Shown: piece after piece, positions 1-9,078 of the stretch | Layout: each line of letters begins with the position of its first letter | Position numbering within the stretch: position 1 is the stretch's first letter | Translations under genes and position numbers: made by a program | The notes under the pieces: model-generated | The model's input: only the letters and a program-made list of their open reading frames with translations | What the model was told of the DNA's origin: nothing | Databases searched by the model: none | NCBI GenBank assembly: GCA_963819985.1 | Contig: CAWFYH010000004.1 | Location: forward strand, 323,246-387,245 | Origin: an uncultured Actinomycetota bacterium | Lineage (GTDB): Bacteria; Actinomycetota; Actinomycetes; DATJPE01 | Reading direction: 5' to 3' | Length of the DNA stretch: 64,000 nt

Positions 1-1964
1 CAGGCGAAGTCGCGGCAGACGTACGCCGCCGCGACCCCGTCGACGAGAGGACGGCCCTTGAGCAGCGGAACCGCAGGACTCGAATGAGGATCGCCGACCG
101 CGAGCGCGGCCCCCGGAGCCACCGCCTGCAGAGCGACGGTCCGCAGCGCCTCGGTGTCGGCCCGGCCTGACCGACCGACGATGGCGATCTCACGGGGACC
201 ATCGAGAAGGGCCTCAGCCACGGCGAGCCCCCAACCGGCAAACCTGGGATGCGTCACACCGATCCGACCGCAGACGGCCACGGCGTCCCGGGCCGCATCG
301 CGATGGGTGCTGGACCCGGTGAGTGCGGCGTAGGTGAGCAACGCACCCGCTGCAGCCGCGGTGCCCGAAGGCGTCGCATTGTCGGTCGGGTCTTTCGGTC
401 GCCGGACCAACGTCTGTGAGTCCGAGGCGGTATCGAAGAATCCACCGTCTCCGTCGTCGAACTGTTCGATGACGACGTCCAAGAGTCGGCCTGCGCGATC
501 CAGCCATGTCTCATCCCCGGTCACCGAATAGAGGGCCAGAAAGCCTTCTGCCGCATCGGCATAGTCCTCCAACACCCCGGCGTGCCGACCGGCCGCCCCG
601 TCCTTCGACACCCGAAGGAGGCGCTGTCCCCCGCTGTTCGAAAACAGGTGCACCGAAACGAGCAGCTCGGCGGCCTCGATGGCTGCGCCCGTCCACTCTG
701 GCCGCTCCAGCAATGCCCCCGCCTCAGCGAGTGCGGCGATGGCCAGCCCGTTCCAGGCAGCCACGACCTTGTCGTCCCGGCCCGGTTGAGACCGGCGAGC
801 GCGAGCCGCAGCAAGCCGGGCACGCACGTCTCGCCAGCGGGGCCAGTCCTCGGGATCGGCCAGCAGCTGCAGGGTAGAGGCTCCGTGCTCGAAGGACCCC
901 TCCTCGGTCACCTCGAACAGGTCGGCCGCCCACCTCCCGTCGGAAGAGCCGAGTACGTCAACCAGCTCGACGGGGGTCCAGACGTACGTCAGACCCTCCA
1001 CACCGTCCGTGTCAGCGTCCAAGGCCGAAGCGAAGCCACCCTGCTCGGTCCGCAGGTCGGCGAGCAGGAACTCGGCGGTCTCCTCGACGACCCGGCGAGC
1101 GAGAGGGCTCTTCGAAACCCGCCACCAGTGCAGGTAGGCGCGCAGCAATAAGGCGTTGTCGTACAACATCTTCTCGAAGTGCGGTACGACCCAGGCATCG
1201 TCGACGGAATAGCGGGCGAACCCTCCGGCCAACTGGTCATAGATGCCTCCGCGCGCCATCGCGTCGAACGTCCCAGCGGCCATCGTCAGAGCCGGTGCTT
1301 CGCCGGTGCGCGCGTGATGGCGCAGCAGCCACTCCAGCACCATCGACGGCGGAAACTTGGGAGCGCCGCCGAAACCGCCGCGCTGCACGTCGTAGGCGGT
1401 GGCCAGGGCCTCGAGCGCCGCTGCCAGGCCGTCCGCGTCAGGCGGTGGCGATCCATCATGAGCGGATACTCGCTCGGTCAGCGCCTGGCTGATCCGGGCG
1501 GCTGCCCCCACGGCTTCGGACCTGCGCTCCGCCCAGGTCGAGGCGATCGCTTGCAGGAGCTGGGGGAAGGACGGCATGCCATGGCGCGGCTGGGGAGGGA
1601 AGTACGTCCCCGCATAGAACGCGTCACCCTGCGGGGTGAGAAACGTCGTCATGGGCCAGCCGCCCTGGCCGGTCAGCGCCTGGACGTACTCCATGTAGAT
1701 CGCGTCGACATCGGGCTGCTCCTCCCGGTCGACCTTGATGTTGATGAAGTGCCTGTTCATCAACTCGGCGGTGGCCGGGTCCTCGAAGGACTCGTGCGCC
1801 ATCACATGACACCAGTGGCAAGCCGCATAGCCGATGGAGAGCAGGACCGGTCGGTCGAGGCGCTCCGCCTCAGCGAACGCCTCGGGGCACCACGGCCACC
1901 AATCGACGGGATTGTCTTTGTGCTGCAACAAGTAGGGACTGGATTCGCCAGCGAGCCGGTTCAT
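1..1964 (-). CDS. Thioredoxin domain-containing protein (DUF255/YyaL family), partial; the C-terminus lies beyond the window start
   Basis: ATG at 1964-1962 on the minus strand. Translation reads [25 protein letters not shown]... with an [16 protein letters not shown] thioredoxin-like motif, then a long epimerase-like region. The frame stays open to position 1, which is why it is absent from the ORF track (no stop in window). Confidence 0.8.
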   Translation of the reverse strand, partial: MNRLAGESSPYLLQHKDNPVDWWPWCPEAFAEAERLDRPVLLSIGYAACHWCHVMAHESFEDPATAELMNRHFINIKVDREEQPDVDAIYMEYVQALTGQGGWPMTTFLTPQGDAFYAGTYFPPQPRHGMPSFPQLLQAIASTWAERRSEAVGAAARISQALTERVSAHDGSPPPDADGLAAALEALATAYDVQRGGFGGAPKFPPSMVLEWLLRHHARTGEAPALTMAAGTFDAMARGGIYDQLAGGFARYSVDDAWVVPHFEKMLYDNALLLRAYLHWWRVSKSPLARRVVEETAEFLLADLRTEQGGFASALDADTDGVEGLTYVWTPVELVDVLGSSDGRWAADLFEVTEEGSFEHGASTLQLLADPEDWPRWRDVRARLAAARARRSQPGRDDKVVAAWNGLAIAALAEAGALLERPEWTGAAIEAAELLVSVHLFSNSGGQRLLRVSKDGAAGRHAGVLEDYADAAEGFLALYSVTGDETWLDRAGRLLDVVIEQFDDGDGGFFDTASDSQTLVRRPKDPTDNATPSGTAAAAGALLTYAALTGSSTHRDAARDAVAVCGRIGVTHPRFAGWGLAVAEALLDGPREIAIVGRSGRADTEALRTVALQAVAPGAALAVGDPHSSPAVPLLKGRPLVDGVAAAYVCRDFA

Positions 1965-2129
1965 CCACCGACCATGTCACATCCCCGCGCCGCCGACGTC
2001 TCACGGCGCCTCAGCCGGAGCGGAGCACGTTGGTCATAGGACATCCCTTGGCGAGCTCGTCGACGAGCTTGTCCAAGTAGCGAACCAGGTAGACCGGATT
2101 GACCGAGGGCCGCCGTACCGAAGGGTGCG

Positions 2130-2624
2130 ATGCTGACGCGCGTGAGATACGCCGAGGCCGTCGCTCGGCTGGGCCACCAACGTTGGTTCGCCCGGCTCGG
2201 TCGGGGTGTGGTCCCGCTGGATCGCGCCGTACATCGAGCCAGTCGCGGTCGCTGGAGCCTGATCGGCCGCGGCGTCGCACCCCAGCTCCTCCTCACCACG
2301 ATCGGGCGACGTTCCGGGCAACCGAGGGAGGTACCTCTGCTGTACGCGAGGGACGGAGACGCCCTTGTCGTGGTCGCGTCCAACTGGGGCCAGCACCACC
2401 ATCCCGCCTGGTCGGCCAACCTGATTGACAACCCCCTGGCCAGCGTCACGCTGGACGGCGTCTCGATCCCAGTCCTGGCCGCGTTGACCGAAGGCGGCGA
2501 ACGTGAGCGGCTGTGGCCACTGCTGACCTCGGTGTGGCCGGCCTACGACACCTACGCGGCAAGATCCGGCCGAGACCTCCGCGTCTTCTTGTTGCGGCCA
2601 GTTCGAGGACCGACCGATGAGTGA
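2130..2624 (+). CDS. Deazaflavin (F420)-dependent nitroreductase family protein (DUF385)
   Basis: 164 aa. Carries the LLLTTIGRRSGQPREVPLLYARDGDALVVVASNWG motif typical of F420-dependent nitroreductase/DUF385 proteins. Confidence 0.8.
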   Translation: MLTRVRYAEAVARLGHQRWFARLGRGVVPLDRAVHRASRGRWSLIGRGVAPQLLLTTIGRRSGQPREVPLLYARDGDALVVVASNWGQHHHPAWSANLIDNPLASVTLDGVSIPVLAALTEGGERERLWPLLTSVWPAYDTYAARSGRDLRVFLLRPVRGPTDE

Positions 2625-2702
2625 TCACTGACCTTACGTCCGACCAAGTGCGCCGTATAGGCCACCATCAGTCGGACGCAACGGGTCCGGCATGCTTTTC
2701 CC

Positions 2703-3131
2703 ATGCCTGGTCCGCTGCGCGTCGGCTCGACGGTGATTCCCGAGGGGGAACTCTCGTGGCGCTTCTCGAGATCTTCCGGACCGGGAGGGCAAGGGGTTAA
2801 CACGACGGACTCGCGGGTCGAGTTGTCGTACGACCTAGCGACTTCGTCCGCTTTCGGACCAACTCTCAAGGCCCGTGCGCTCGAACGCCTGGCCGGTCGA
2901 CTGGTCGACGGAACCATTACCGTGACTGCCTCGGAACATCGAAGTCAGCTGCAGAACCGGGAAGCTGCCGAGCGCCGACTCGCCGCGCTGCTGGTCGAAG
3001 CGACAGTCCCCCCGCCACGCAAGCGCCGTCCGACCAGGCCGTCCAAGGCCTCGACCGAGCGCCGGATCGCCAGCAAGAAGAAGCGCGGCGAGACCAAGCG
3101 CCTCCGCCGTGATGCAACTGACGGGCACTGA
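2703..3131 (+). CDS. arfB: Alternative ribosome-rescue factor / peptidyl-tRNA hydrolase ArfB
   Basis: 142 aa. GGQ motif (SSGPGGQGVNT) and a basic C-terminal tail (KKKRGETKRLRR), as in ArfB/YaeJ. Confidence 0.85.
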   Translation: MPGPLRVGSTVIPEGELSWRFSRSSGPGGQGVNTTDSRVELSYDLATSSAFGPTLKARALERLAGRLVDGTITVTASEHRSQLQNREAAERRLAALLVEATVPPPRKRRPTRPSKASTERRIASKKKRGETKRLRRDATDGH

Positions 3132-3150
3132 CCGGCAAGAATCCTGTTTC

Positions 3151-3423
3151 TCAGTGTTTGGGGGCGTTGGGCCTGGGGGGAGATCCGTCGGTGCCGTCAA
3201 CGCCATCAACGCCGTCGCTGCCGTCGATCGGCTCTTCAACGAAGTCGATCTTCTTGATCTGCCGGTTCATCGAGCGGAACAAGAAGTACGCGGCTACCGC
3301 CAACACGATGAACACGCCGAAGCCGAGCCAGCCCGGCCGTACGGTGTCGTCGTTCAACGGTTTCGGCGAGGCCTGCGCCAAGACCGTCAGTCCACGCTCC
3401 GCGAGCGCACTTGCGCTTGTCAT
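3151..3423 (-). CDS. Small membrane protein (about 90 aa), hypothetical
   Basis: Start at an internal ATG of the 189-aa ORF; this ATG overlaps the mca stop (ATGA). One predicted TM helix ([18 protein letters not shown]) and an acidic DG-rich tail. Confidence 0.4.
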   Translation of the reverse strand: MTSASALAERGLTVLAQASPKPLNDDTVRPGWLGFGVFIVLAVAAYFLFRSMNRQIKKIDFVEEPIDGSDGVDGVDGTDGSPPRPNAPKH

Positions 3424-4346
3424 GCGCTCTCGGCCGCATCGCGGCTGAACGACCCGCTGGCACTCTCGGCGCGCAGCCCCGCGAACAGATCGTCCTCCGG
3501 CAACGCCGTATCGACCAGCGAGCGGACCAACTGGTAGTCCTCTGTGGGCCAGGCCTGAGCCTGCAGCGCCAGCGGGATGGCGAACCAGCGGCCCTCGGGA
3601 TCGACTTGCGTGGCGTGCGCCCGCAGGGCCGCATCCCGCACCGCGAAGAACTCCGCGCATTCCACGCGTGTCGTCAGCCGTTCCAGGTCCCCCGGCTTGT
3701 CCTCCCAGTCCGCAAGCCATTCGGCGAAGGGCGGCTCCAACCCGGCCGCCACCGCGGCCGCATCCAGGGCTTCGATGCGTGGCTTGTGGAACCCGAGCTG
3801 GTAGTAGAGCTTGAGCGGCTGCCAGGGCTCTCCCGCGTCGACGAATCGCTCGGCGTCCCCGGCCGCCTCGAAGGCCTCGACCGAAACCTCATGGGTGCGT
3901 ACGTGGTCTGGATGCGGGTAGCCACCGTTCTCGTCGTACGTCGTCATGACATGCGGACGGAACTCGCGGATCACCCGGACGAGCGCCTCGGTCGACTCCT
4001 CGAGGGGGACGAGCGCGAAGCAGCCTTCAGGCAGCGGCGGCAGCGGGTCACCCTCGGGGAAGCCCGAGTCCACAAAACCCAGCCAGGTGTGCCGTACTCC
4101 CAGGATGTCTCGAGCCTGCTCCATCTCAGTGCGGCGAGCCGCCGAGATGTCGGCCAGGATCTTCGGGTCGTCGGCCAGCGCGGGGTTGAGGATGTCACCG
4201 CGCTCTCCACCGGTGCAGCTCACGACCAGCACGTCCACACCTTCACGGGCGTACCGCGCCGTCGATGCTGCCCCCTTGCTCGACTCGTCGTCGGGATGAG
4301 CGTGCACGGCGAGCAGCCGCAGCTGCTGAGGTGTCTCATGAGTCAC
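3420..4346 (-). CDS. mca: Mycothiol S-conjugate amidase (LmbE family)
   Basis: 308 aa. AHPDDE zinc-binding motif. Close overall similarity to mycobacterial Mca (Rv1082). Sits in the conserved mca–DUF4307–greA arrangement. An MshB paralog is not fully excluded. Confidence 0.8.
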   Translation of the reverse strand: MTHETPQQLRLLAVHAHPDDESSKGAASTARYAREGVDVLVVSCTGGERGDILNPALADDPKILADISAARRTEMEQARDILGVRHTWLGFVDSGFPEGDPLPPLPEGCFALVPLEESTEALVRVIREFRPHVMTTYDENGGYPHPDHVRTHEVSVEAFEAAGDAERFVDAGEPWQPLKLYYQLGFHKPRIEALDAAAVAAGLEPPFAEWLADWEDKPGDLERLTTRVECAEFFAVRDAALRAHATQVDPEGRWFAIPLALQAQAWPTEDYQLVRSLVDTALPEDDLFAGLRAESASGSFSRDAAESA

Positions 4347-4398
4347 CCACCCATCCTCCCAGACGTGGATCGGCTCACGTCGTCACCGGGTACACCGC

Positions 4399-4827
4399 TT
4401 GCGACGTTGGCGAGACAATGGACCCGTGACCGACCTCGATGCCCGATACGGCCGACGCCCGCCGCATTCCCCGGCTCGCGTCCGCACCCTTGCAGTCGCC
4501 GGAATCGCACTCCTGGTGCTAGTCGTACTCGCATTCGGGTGGTGGTGGTGGAGCCATCAAGATCGATTCGGCGCACGGATCCATTCCTACTCCGTTGAGT
4601 CAGACTCTCTAGTCACCGCCACCATCGAGGTCACCAACCACGGGGACGGCGCGGTGCGCTGCGAGATCCTGGCCAAGGACCGCTACACCCAACCGGTGGG
4701 CACCAGCATCATCGAGGTGCCGCAGGGGGTCCGTACCACTCAAGTGCCGACGACACTGACCACCACCGGTCGAGCAGTCGTGGTCACCGTCGGCTCCTGC
4801 GCCGCCGTCGAAGCGAGCTCTCCGTGA
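4399..4827 (+). CDS. DUF4307 domain membrane protein (Rv1081c-like)
   Basis: 142 aa with an N-terminal TM segment. Lies between mca and greA, as in mycobacteria. Confidence 0.65.
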   Translation: MRRWRDNGPVTDLDARYGRRPPHSPARVRTLAVAGIALLVLVVLAFGWWWWSHQDRFGARIHSYSVESDSLVTATIEVTNHGDGAVRCEILAKDRYTQPVGTSIIEVPQGVRTTQVPTTLTTTGRAVVVTVGSCAAVEASSP

Positions 4828-4891
4828 ACAGCCGCGTACCCTGAATGGCTGAGCTCGACCAACCACCACCGTCTTCAGGAGGAGTTTCACT

Positions 4892-5368
4892 GTGACCACC
4901 TGGCTCACCCAGGAGGCCTACGACCGCCTCAAGGCCGAGTACGACCACGCCACCGGCGAAGGTCGCGACTTCATCGTCAAGCGGATCGAGGCCGCCCGCG
5001 AGGAGGGCGACCTCAAGGAGAACGGCGGCTATCACGCGGCCAAGGACGAGCAGGGGAAGAACGAGGCGCGGATCCGACAGCTGCGCCAGCTGCTCGAGGA
5101 CGCCGAGGTCGGAGAGGCTCCCCCCACGGCCGATGGCGTGGTCGGGCTCGGTCAGGTCGTGACCGTGGACTTGATGGGCGACGACCTTCGATTCCTGCTG
5201 GGCAGCCGCGAGGTGAGCGCCGGCGACGATCTCGACGTCTACAGCGAGCAGAGCCCGCTGGGTGCGGCGGTTTTCGGGGCCTCGGTCGGAGACACAGTCT
5301 CCTACGACGCGCCCAACGGCCGGACCATCAAGGTCGTGATCAAGGCGGTCGAACCGTACTCAGGCTGA
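4892..5368 (+). CDS. greA: Transcription elongation factor GreA
   Basis: 158 aa. GTG start 10 nt after an AGGAGG ribosome-binding site. Conserved GreA N-terminal coiled coil and C-terminal FKBP-like domain. Confidence 0.9.
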   Translation: MTTWLTQEAYDRLKAEYDHATGEGRDFIVKRIEAAREEGDLKENGGYHAAKDEQGKNEARIRQLRQLLEDAEVGEAPPTADGVVGLGQVVTVDLMGDDLRFLLGSREVSAGDDLDVYSEQSPLGAAVFGASVGDTVSYDAPNGRTIKVVIKAVEPYSG

Positions 5369-5376
5369 GGCCAGCG

Positions 5377-6213
5377 CTAGCGGGAGGTCGTGCGGTAGCG
5401 ATGGATGCCTAGCGGCACGAAGACCGCGATCGTGAGGACGATCCACGCCACGGACACGAGGAACGGGTGCTGGGCGGGGAACGCGTCGGTGGGAAACGGG
5501 TTGGGATTGCCGAACAGGTCCCGCAGCGAAGACGTCAGTGTGCTGACCGGGTTCCACTCGGCGATTGGCTGCATCCACGAGGGCATGGTTGCGATCGGGA
5601 CGAATGCGCTGGACATGAACGAGAGCGGGAAGATGGTCACGAAACCGACCTGCTGAGCGACCTCGACCGTGGGCACCAAGAGCCCGATGAAGACCCCTAG
5701 CCACGCCATGGCGTAGGTGAAGGCCATCATCAGCAAGCACGCGACGACGAAGTCACCGACAGTGGTATGGACCCGCCACCCGACCGCCAGTCCCGTGAGC
5801 ATCAAGACCACGATGATCCCGGCGTTGTAAACCAAGTCAGAGGTCGTACGGCCTGACAGGACGGCCGAGCGCGCCATCGGCAGCGAGCGGAAGCGGTCGA
5901 TGATGCCCTTGTTCATGTCCTCGGTCATGCCGATGGCAGTGATCACCGACGCGAAGGCCAGAGTTTGGATGTAGATGCCGGGCATGAGGAACTCACGGTA
6001 TGAGGCGCCGCCTGGCAGCGGGATCGCTCCACCAAACACGAATGCGAAGAGCAGGACGAAGACGATCGATTGGATGACAGCGAAGATCGCCAGCTCAGGG
6101 ATGCGCGGGATGCGCTTGAGGTTGCGCCAGGTAACCACCAGCCCGTCCGAGACTGCCGGGGGAAGGCTGCGTTCGGACCTGACCTCGGGTCGGTCAGCGT
6201 GCGTGGTGCTCAT
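5377..6213 (-). CDS. ABC-2 type transporter permease (DrrB-like)
   Basis: 278 aa with six hydrophobic segments. Start overlaps the stop of the upstream ATPase gene. Confidence 0.8.
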   Translation of the reverse strand: MSTTHADRPEVRSERSLPPAVSDGLVVTWRNLKRIPRIPELAIFAVIQSIVFVLLFAFVFGGAIPLPGGASYREFLMPGIYIQTLAFASVITAIGMTEDMNKGIIDRFRSLPMARSAVLSGRTTSDLVYNAGIIVVLMLTGLAVGWRVHTTVGDFVVACLLMMAFTYAMAWLGVFIGLLVPTVEVAQQVGFVTIFPLSFMSSAFVPIATMPSWMQPIAEWNPVSTLTSSLRDLFGNPNPFPTDAFPAQHPFLVSVAWIVLTIAVFVPLGIHRYRTTSR

Positions 6214-7238
6214 GAGTGTGACTCCTGGGGGCTAGCGACGGCGGCCGCGCCTCCGGCAGCCTGGGTGGTCCTGCCGGCGTCATCGCCCTCATCACCCTCA
6301 GTCGCATGACCGGTGAGGCTGAGAAACACGTCGTCGAGCGTCGGACGTCGCAGGCCGACGTCGTCGATCGCGATGTCTTTCTCGCCAAGGGCTCGGACCG
6401 CCTCGATGAGCTGGTTGGCGCCACCCTTTGCTGGGATGGTGATGCGTCGTGTGTGAGTGTCGACCTCAGCCTCGAGACCATCGACTCCGCGCAGCAGTTC
6501 AACTGCAACTCCGAGCTGGTCAGCACGATGCACCACGACCTCGATGCGCTCGCCGCCGACCTGGGACTTGAGGGCATCCGCCGTGCCCTTGGCGATGATG
6601 CGACCGTGGTCAACAACGGCGATCTCGTTGGCCAGCTCATCGGCCTCTTCGAGGTATTGCGTGGTCAGCAACAGGGTCGTCCCGTCTCTCACCAGTCCAC
6701 GGATGACATCCCACATGCCCAACCGGCTGCGTGGGTCGAGTCCGGTTGTCGGTTCGTCGAGGAACAGCAGCCGTGGGTGGCCGATCAGCGCACTGGCTAG
6801 GTCGAGGCGGCGGCGCATCCCGCCGGAGTAGTTCTTCGCGACCCGATCACCGGCCTCGCTGAGCGAGAACTGCTCAAGCAGATCGTCCGAGCGCTGGCGG
6901 GCCACCTTTTTCGGCAGCTGGTAGAGGCGACCGAAAAGGTAAAGGTTCTCTCGCCCGGTGAGGTTCTCGTCCACGGCGGCGTACTGCCCTGACAGACCGA
7001 TGACGCGGCGAAGCTGATCAGCATCTTTGACCACGTCGAAGCCAGCCACGGTGGCACGCCCGGCGTCGGGCGTCAGCAGCGTCGTGAGGATACGGACCGT
7101 GGTGGTCTTGCCCGCTCCGTTCGGGCCGAGCAGGCCGAGGACGGTCCCCTCGGGCACTTGCAGGTCGACCCCGTCGAGGGCACGTATCTCACCCTTGAAG
7201 GTCTTGACCAGCCCTTCGGCCACGATGGCGTCGGTCAT
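6210..7238 (-). CDS. ABC transporter ATP-binding protein (DrrA-like)
   Basis: Walker A GPNGAGKTT, signature LSGGMRRRL, Walker B LLFLDEPTTGLD. 342 aa. Confidence 0.9.
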   Translation of the reverse strand: MTDAIVAEGLVKTFKGEIRALDGVDLQVPEGTVLGLLGPNGAGKTTTVRILTTLLTPDAGRATVAGFDVVKDADQLRRVIGLSGQYAAVDENLTGRENLYLFGRLYQLPKKVARQRSDDLLEQFSLSEAGDRVAKNYSGGMRRRLDLASALIGHPRLLFLDEPTTGLDPRSRLGMWDVIRGLVRDGTTLLLTTQYLEEADELANEIAVVDHGRIIAKGTADALKSQVGGERIEVVVHRADQLGVAVELLRGVDGLEAEVDTHTRRITIPAKGGANQLIEAVRALGEKDIAIDDVGLRRPTLDDVFLSLTGHATEGDEGDDAGRTTQAAGGAAAVASPQESHS

Positions 7239-7334
7239 TTAAGGTGCTCCTTTGCTGCGGGCTGTTGCGACACGCTAAGCGGAAGTACCGACACAGGGTC
7301 AACGAGATTCATCCGTGCGGCCTTCCCGCCAGGG

Positions 7335-7541
7335 CTAGACCATCCGCTGGGTCAGTCGGGTCGTCGATGGCTCCGAGGCGGCGAGGACTAGTCGCGCGCG
7401 GTACGCCTGCCGCTCGGCTCGGGCCAGCTGCCGACGGGCTCGAGCCTGAGCAACCAGCTGACGGCGCGGCCGGTCCTGACTGACCTGGGCGAGCCGATCG
7501 CGCTGGATCTGGAGGTGATGGGCATAGGTGATTTCGGACAT
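7335..7541 (-). CDS. Hypothetical small protein (68 aa)
   Basis: High GC3 codon usage, R/Q-rich. No recognisable family. Confidence 0.3.
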   Translation of the reverse strand: MSEITYAHHLQIQRDRLAQVSQDRPRRQLVAQARARRQLARAERQAYRARLVLAASEPSTTRLTQRMV

Positions 7542-7570
7542 GGCGGGGCTCCTCGCATGGTTCTAGAAGG

Positions 7571-7661
7571 GTTGTTGGGGTGTCGGGGTTGTCGGGGTTG
7601 TCGGGGTGGTCGGGGTTGTCGGGGTGGTCGGGGTGGTCGGGGTGGTCGGGGTGGTCGGGGG
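7571..7661. repeat. Tandem array of about 10 copies of a 9-bp unit TKGTCGGGG (G-rich on the + strand)
   Basis: Read directly from the sequence: ...gtgtcgggg ttgtcgggg ttgtcgggg tggtcgggg ttgtcgggg tggtcgggg x5. Intergenic, between the stop of the DUF2089 gene and the start of the 68-aa ORF. Confidence 0.85.
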
Positions 7662-7696
7662 TGCGGCGGTGCTACGTCGAGCTCGAGTTTCGGGAT

Positions 7697-8101
7697 CTAG
7701 CCGAGACCGGCTGCCAACAGGGCTGCTTCGGCCTCGTCAACCGACATGCGCCCCGCTGCGAGATCAGCCAGCACCTTGTCGCGGTCCAACGGAGGATCAC
7801 TGCCCGGGCCTTCCAGGCCTAGCCGGACCAGCAACTCCGCGAACCGTTGCCTGGCGGTTGGGTAGCTGACGCCAAGATGCCTCTCCAGCTCTCGCATGTT
7901 GCCCCGCGAGACGAGGAAGACCCGCAGCATCTCGTGATCTTCTGCGGAGAGCCCGGCGAACGGCGAGAGCTCAAAGGCTCCCGAGAGCTCGGTGCCGCAA
8001 CTGGTGCAGCCCAGGCGTGTGATCGTCAGGTGGGCCGAGCAGACGGGGCAGTCGCCCGGTGGGCGGTGGGACTGGCGGGGGCGTGAGCCGAAGTCGGTCA
8101 T
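7697..8101 (-). CDS. DUF2089 domain protein (zinc ribbon plus HTH)
   Basis: CPVCSAHL...CTSCGTE zinc ribbon followed by an HTH region. Overlaps the upstream DUF4097 gene by 4 nt, indicating an operon. Confidence 0.7.
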   Translation of the reverse strand: MTDFGSRPRQSHRPPGDCPVCSAHLTITRLGCTSCGTELSGAFELSPFAGLSAEDHEMLRVFLVSRGNMRELERHLGVSYPTARQRFAELLVRLGLEGPGSDPPLDRDKVLADLAAGRMSVDEAEAALLAAGLG

Positions 8102-9021
8102 GGCGTGGACTCCCCGACCCCGATCTTCGCCGAGCCGAGCTCGACCTTCACGTCCAGGGTCGCCTCACCCGCACCCACCACGAGCGGGCCCCGCTTGCCC
8201 TTGCTGCCCGTCGAACCGAGCTCCACCGAGCCGAGTTCGGCCCGGGCTTGCACGGTGACGTTGGACCGCGGGTCGAGGCGGACCTTGATGCTGCCGAGCT
8301 CGCAACGCAGACGTGAGGTTCCTCGATCGAGCAACCAGTCGAGCTTGGCGCTGCCCGCCTCCACCCGTCCGTCGATCTCCCCCGAGCAGTCCATCGCCTT
8401 GAGCGAACCAGCCTCGACGGTGAAGCGCAGCCCGCCCTCCAGCCTGGTGGCCATCACGCTGCCCGCTTGGACCGTGACCTCGACCGGAAGCTCTGGCCGG
8501 ATCTTGACCACAACCGTCTCGGCACCGCGCCACCGGCCGAAGGCCTTGCCGATCCGCTGGGTGCTGGACTCGTAGGAGAAGTCACCGGCGCCCGGTTCGG
8601 CGTCGGTGTCGATCACGAGCGCGCCGCCGTCACGGCGGGCGACGTGCGGCCCCTCGACACTGGCGCCGACCACGGTCGGGTCGCCTACGAGCACGAGCTT
8701 CACGGCCGCGGCACGGATCACGACGCGCTGGATGGGTCCGCCTTCGACAGACCCGTCGGGTGGCGACGGTGGCCGAACCACCCGCACGCTCGACGGCGGC
8801 GCAGGCGGGTTGGGCGGAATGGGCGGGGTTCCCGCTGGGGAGGACCGACCAAGCTCGGGCGATCCCTCGTCCGCAGCATCCGGTGCCTGTGGCGCCGCGC
8901 CGGCCAGCCGTTGGCTCGCCTCGTCGGGCGCCACCGAGCCGGCGGCCACCTGCGAGAGCAGGCTGCGAAGGTCGGCGCCCGAAGTGTCGTTGTCTCGAGA
9001 GTCAGAGTCGTTCGATGTCAT
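8098..9021 (-). CDS. DUF4097 family beta-strand repeat protein (putative adhesin / LiaG-like)
   Basis: 307 aa. Repeated VxVxxGSxxxxxxxG beta-strand units. Typical partner of DUF2089 proteins. Confidence 0.7.
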   Translation of the reverse strand: MTSNDSDSRDNDTSGADLRSLLSQVAAGSVAPDEASQRLAGAAPQAPDAADEGSPELGRSSPAGTPPIPPNPPAPPSSVRVVRPPSPPDGSVEGGPIQRVVIRAAAVKLVLVGDPTVVGASVEGPHVARRDGGALVIDTDAEPGAGDFSYESSTQRIGKAFGRWRGAETVVVKIRPELPVEVTVQAGSVMATRLEGGLRFTVEAGSLKAMDCSGEIDGRVEAGSAKLDWLLDRGTSRLRCELGSIKVRLDPRSNVTVQARAELGSVELGSTGSKGKRGPLVVGAGEATLDVKVELGSAKIGVGESTP

Positions 9022-9030
9022 GGAGATGAT

Positions 9031-9058
9031 TTGACAATAGATGTTCCCAATCTGTCAA
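9031..9058. promoter_or_regulatory. Inverted repeat TTGACA-N16-TGTCAA in an AT-rich promoter region upstream of the DUF4097–DUF2089 operon
   Basis: Perfect 6-bp arms, seen in the sequence. Local AT-rich island (..tttttgtttta..) in otherwise 70% GC DNA. Confidence 0.3.
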
Positions 9059-9078
9059 GTCCCAATCACATTTTTGTT

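Noticed and set aside
1179-2039. 286-aa plus ORF and other ORFs between 214 and 1965
   Set aside because: All are antisense or out of frame relative to the long thioredoxin-domain (DUF255) gene. That gene is open to the window edge and has clear CHWCH-motif homology.
3411-4598. 395-aa plus-strand ORF
   Set aside because: Antisense to mca, which has unambiguous LmbE-family homology. No domain-like sequence.
7515-7869. ORFs that translate the 9-bp repeat as GVV/WSG/GRG repeats
   Set aside because: They are a product of the tandem repeat itself and are open in all frames. There is no flanking coding signal, so this is treated as a non-coding repeat.
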